A stretch of 64,000 nucleotides of DNA, taken from positions 648,646 through 712,645 of the forward strand of contig CAWHLH010000003.1 in assembly GCA_963830105.1 (NCBI GenBank), read 5' to 3'. The number at the start of each line of letters is the position of its first letter. Within the stretch, counting starts at the first letter, position 1. This DNA is from an uncultured Gammaproteobacteria bacterium (GTDB lineage: Bacteria > Pseudomonadota > Gammaproteobacteria > DATFLG01). Below, one piece after another: positions 60,771 through 64,000 of this stretch. Made by a program: the position numbers and the translations under genes. The notes under the pieces are model-generated. The model was not told the DNA's origin. It saw only the letters and a list, made by a program, of their open reading frames with translations, and did no database searches.

Positions 60771-60846
60771 TGGTGGGTGCTGAGGGGATCGAACCCCCGA
60801 CCTACGCCTTGTAAGGGCGTCGCTCTCCCAGCTGAGCTAAGCACCC
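60771..60846 (-). tRNA. tRNA-Val (TAC)
   Basis: Reverse complement reads GGGTGCTTAGCTCAGCTGGGAGAGCGACGCCCTTACAAGGCGTAGGTCGGGGGTTCGATCCCCTCAGCACCCACCA. Confidence 0.97.
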
Positions 60847-60857
60847 CAGAGAGCGGG

Positions 60858-61130
60858 CTAGTTTACGGCATCCTTGAGCGCTTTGCCAGCCTTGAAGGCA
60901 GGTGCTTTGGACGCCTGGATGGTGATGGTCTCACCGGTCTTCGGGTTGCGTCCGGAACGGGCAGCCCGACTACGCACCTCAAAAGTCCCGAAACCGACTA
61001 GGGCCACCGAGTCGCCGGACTTGAGCGCTGCTGTGACGGAATCGAGCACAGCGTCCACCGCACGCGCGGCCGTCGCCTTGGACATGTCCGCCGAATTGGC
61101 AACCGCTTCGATCAGTTCGGATTTGTTCAT
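60858..61130 (-). CDS. hupB: DNA-binding protein HU-beta
   Basis: [31 protein letters not shown] and [14 protein letters not shown]. Confidence 0.97.
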   Translation of the reverse strand: MNKSELIEAVANSADMSKATAARAVDAVLDSVTAALKSGDSVALVGFGTFEVRSRAARSGRNPKTGETITIQASKAPAFKAGKALKDAVN

Positions 61131-61230
61131 ATTGAAGAATACCCCCTCATCGTGAAGAACCGGACGGTCTGGGAAACAACAGGAAGCGACGTTGGCAGGC
61201 AATCGGCCTCACCGCGAGAATCCGTCGGCT

Positions 61231-61260
61231 TTTATACCAAGGCCCTTTGACACCTGTCAA
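61231..61260 (-). promoter_or_regulatory. Sigma70 promoter for hupB; the -35 box is half of a TTGACA-CC-TGTCAA palindrome
   Basis: Minus strand reads TTGACA-18 bp-TATAAA with a TGn extension. Confidence 0.6.
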
Positions 61261-61343
61261 CAGAATGCCCGCCCTGCAGACGGCGGCACGCACATTGAGC
61301 GAGCACAGCACGTTTGCAAAGGCGGGCGACTTGAATCCGCGCC

Positions 61344-63794
61344 TTAGTGCGCGCGCACGGAACCTTCCTTCTTGGACTTGGCCTTGTCCTTTTTCTCGCC
61401 ACTCTTTATCGGCTCGCCCTGCTCGTTGTCCGTGGCGATGGGAACAGGCATATGCTGAAGAGCCACCTGCAACACCTCGTCTATCCATTTGACGGGACGA
61501 ATATCGAGTTTGTCCTGCACATTCTTCGGGATGTCCGCCAGGTCCTTGCGGTTCTCTTCGGGAATCAGCACCGTGGAGATACCGCCTCGGTGTGCGGCCA
61601 GCAATTTTTCCTTCAGGCCGCCGATCGGCAGGACCTCTCCACGCAACGTAATCTCGCCGGTCATGGCGACATCCGCGCGAACCGGAATCTTCGTCAAGGA
61701 CGATACCAGCGCAGTGCACATGCCCACTCCCGCGCTGGGGCCATCCTTGGGCGTTGCGCCTTCCGGCACATGCACATGGATGTCGTATTTCTGATAGAAG
61801 TCCGGATCGATGCCCAGCATCGCGGCACGGCTGCGTACGACGGTGGTAGCGGCCTGGATGGACTCCTGCATCACATCGCCCAACTGGCCGGTATGGAGCA
61901 GCCGTCCCTTTCCGGGGACCACGGTGGATTCGATACGGAGCAACTCGCCGCCCACCTCGGTCCAGGCCAAACCGGTCACCTGGCCGATCTGATCCTGCTC
62001 GTCCGCACGACCGTACCGGAACCGCCGCACACCCAGGTACTTGTCCAGATTCTTCGGCGTAACGGTGATTTTGCGGGAGGCCTTCTGCAACACCAGTTCC
62101 TTGACCACCTTGCGGCAGATCTTGGCAACTTCGCGTTCCAGATTGCGCACGCCCGCCTCGCGGGTATAGTAGCGGATCACATCACGTATGGCCGCTTCAC
62201 TGATGGCCACTTCCTTGGGCTTCAGACCGTTGGCGTTGACCTGTTTGGTCACCAGGTAGCGCAGGGCAATATTGATCTTCTCGTCCTCGGTATAGCCGGG
62301 GATGCGGATCACCTCCATGCGGTCAAGCAGGGGACCGGGTATGTTCAGGGTATTGGCCGTGGCCACGAACATCACGTCCGACAGATCGAAGTCCACCTCC
62401 AGATAGTGATCGTTGAACGTGTGGTTCTGCTCCGGATCCAGCACCTCCAGCAGGGCGGACGAGGGGTCGCCACGAAAATCCATGGCCATCTTGTCGATCT
62501 CGTCCAGAAGGAACAGCGGATTGCGCACACCCACCTTGGCGAGATTCTGCACGATCTTGCCCGGCAAGGAGCCGATGTATGTCCGCCGATGACCGCGAAT
62601 CTCGGCCTCGTCGCGCACACCGCCCAGCGACATGCGGACAAACTTGCGGTTGGTCGCACGGGCAATGGACCGCCCCAGGGACGTCTTGCCGACGCCGGGG
62701 GGGCCCACCAGACAGAGAATCGGACCCTTCAGCTTGCGCACGCGCTGCTGCACCGCCAGATACTCGACGATACGCTCCTTGACGCGCTCGAGGCCGTAGT
62801 GGTCGGCTTCCAGCACCTCCTCGGCCTTGCCCAGATCGTGCCGGATCTTGGTCCTTTTCTTCCACGGTGCGCTCACCAACCAGTCGATGTAATTGCGCAC
62901 CACTGTGGCCTCGGCCGACATGGGCGACATCATCTTCAGCTTGTTCAACTCGGCCGTCGCCTTGGCATTGGCCTCTTTGGACATGCCCGCCTTCTCGATC
63001 TTCTGCTGCAGCTCCTCGATCTCGTTGGGCGCATCCTCGAGCTCGCCGAGTTCCTTCTGAATAGCCTTCATCTGCTCGTTCAGATAGTACTCGCGCTGGC
63101 TCTTCTCCATCTGCTGCTTGACGCGACCGCGGATACGCTTCTCGATCTGCAGCACATCGATCTCGCCTTCCACCAGCCCCATAAGGTGCTCCAGGCGCTC
63201 GCGCACGTTCTCGATTTCGAGAATACGCTGCTTCTCCTCGAGCTTCAGGGACATGTGGGCGGCAATGGTATCGGCGAGACGGCCGGGCTCATCGATGCCC
63301 GACAGGGAGGTCAGGATCTCCGGCGGAACCTTCTTGTTCAGCTTCACGTATTGATCGAACAGGGTCAGCATGGAACGCATAAGTACCTCGACCTCGCGGT
63401 CGTCGAGGGCCTTCTGCGCGTGCAGGACAGCAGTTCTTGCAGAGAAGAAATCGTCGGTATCGACGAATTCCGTGATCCGCGCCCGCTCCGCACCTTCCAC
63501 CAGCACCTTGACGGTGCCGTCCGGCAGCTTCAGCAGTTGGAGAATGCTGGACATGGTCCCGATCCGGTGGATGTCCTCGACCTTGGGGTCATCCACGTCC
63601 GCACTCTTCTGGGCGACCAGCAGAATCTTCTGGTCCGCCTGCATGGCGGAATCCAACGCGCGTATGGACTTCTCCCGCCCAACGAACAGAGGAATCACCA
63701 TATGCGGATAAACCACTACGTCACGCAGCGGCAGCACCGGCAACTCGACCAGTTTGTCATCGGTTACTGTCAATGCCTTGTCTTCGTGCTCCAT
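61344..63794 (-). CDS. lon: ATP-dependent protease La
   Basis: [13 protein letters not shown], Walker [10 protein letters not shown], catalytic PKDGPSAG, and [13 protein letters not shown]. Confidence 0.98.
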   Translation of the reverse strand: MEHEDKALTVTDDKLVELPVLPLRDVVVYPHMVIPLFVGREKSIRALDSAMQADQKILLVAQKSADVDDPKVEDIHRIGTMSSILQLLKLPDGTVKVLVEGAERARITEFVDTDDFFSARTAVLHAQKALDDREVEVLMRSMLTLFDQYVKLNKKVPPEILTSLSGIDEPGRLADTIAAHMSLKLEEKQRILEIENVRERLEHLMGLVEGEIDVLQIEKRIRGRVKQQMEKSQREYYLNEQMKAIQKELGELEDAPNEIEELQQKIEKAGMSKEANAKATAELNKLKMMSPMSAEATVVRNYIDWLVSAPWKKRTKIRHDLGKAEEVLEADHYGLERVKERIVEYLAVQQRVRKLKGPILCLVGPPGVGKTSLGRSIARATNRKFVRMSLGGVRDEAEIRGHRRTYIGSLPGKIVQNLAKVGVRNPLFLLDEIDKMAMDFRGDPSSALLEVLDPEQNHTFNDHYLEVDFDLSDVMFVATANTLNIPGPLLDRMEVIRIPGYTEDEKINIALRYLVTKQVNANGLKPKEVAISEAAIRDVIRYYTREAGVRNLEREVAKICRKVVKELVLQKASRKITVTPKNLDKYLGVRRFRYGRADEQDQIGQVTGLAWTEVGGELLRIESTVVPGKGRLLHTGQLGDVMQESIQAATTVVRSRAAMLGIDPDFYQKYDIHVHVPEGATPKDGPSAGVGMCTALVSSLTKIPVRADVAMTGEITLRGEVLPIGGLKEKLLAAHRGGISTVLIPEENRKDLADIPKNVQDKLDIRPVKWIDEVLQVALQHMPVPIATDNEQGEPIKSGEKKDKAKSKKEGSVRAH

Positions 63795-63972
63795 GATGGA
63801 GTTCCTCGCGATAGCTGCGTCAATTCGTTGCGTTGCCGTACGGCCGCGCGATACGCCGCGCTTTGCCGCCTGCCGTTCTCTGTACTATGGGGGCGCTGCA
63901 CACCGGATTCAATGGCCGGGTGCACCAAAAGCGAAGCAAGTTCCGCGCCAGGGGAAAAGAGAGGGTAGGCAC

Positions 63973-63994
63973 GGTGTCCCCCTAGGGGGACACC
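63973..63994. repeat. Perfect 22-bp palindrome GGTGTCCCCCTAGGGGGACACC
   Basis: Self-complementary with a CTAG centre, upstream of lon. Confidence 0.75.
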
Positions 63995-64000
63995 CCACCA

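Noticed and set aside
61347-63968. 873-aa ORF on the + strand (likewise 58585..60336, 50304..52385, 14147..15577)
   Set aside because: Antisense shadows of lon, ppiD, the ABC genes and gltX.

Overview
A 64 kb window from a high-GC gammaproteobacterium (Chromatiales/Ectothiorhodospiraceae-like; this is inferred from gene content and synteny, not from a database search). The right half is a mostly intact core backbone: ectABC with a TeaABC-like TRAP transporter, a GreA paralogue, a ColRS-like two-component system, nhaD, dnaQ-rnhA-yafS/mltD, a class V aminotransferase, a peptide ABC transporter, fabI, a DAACS symporter, ppiD, tRNA-Asp/Val, hupB and lon. The left half holds gadC-gadB (frameshifted as read), yadGH flanked by a short REP-like repeat family, and a 7.3 kb island at tRNA-Glu. 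The island has 15-bp att repeats, an IS3-truncated integrase, an IS256 and a PAS-GGDEF cargo gene. It is followed by tRNA-Glu/Ala and gltX, a photo-oxidative stress cluster, and a signalling islet after tRNA-Val(CAC). The stress cluster comprises a RudS-like DUF523-DUF1722 gene, a glutaredoxin-DUF3429 fusion, ufaD/ufaO/ufaM-like furan fatty acid genes, MFS, DUF3833, a CHI-fold gene, SnoaL and SDR. The best novel signal is four perfectly phased 11-bp TnnACA direct repeats (CarH/LitR operator architecture) between the two divergent arms of that cluster. A caveat applies: nearly all frameshifts I could resolve outside the IS3 are +1 insertions, mostly in short base runs and confined to accessory DNA, so many may be assembly errors.
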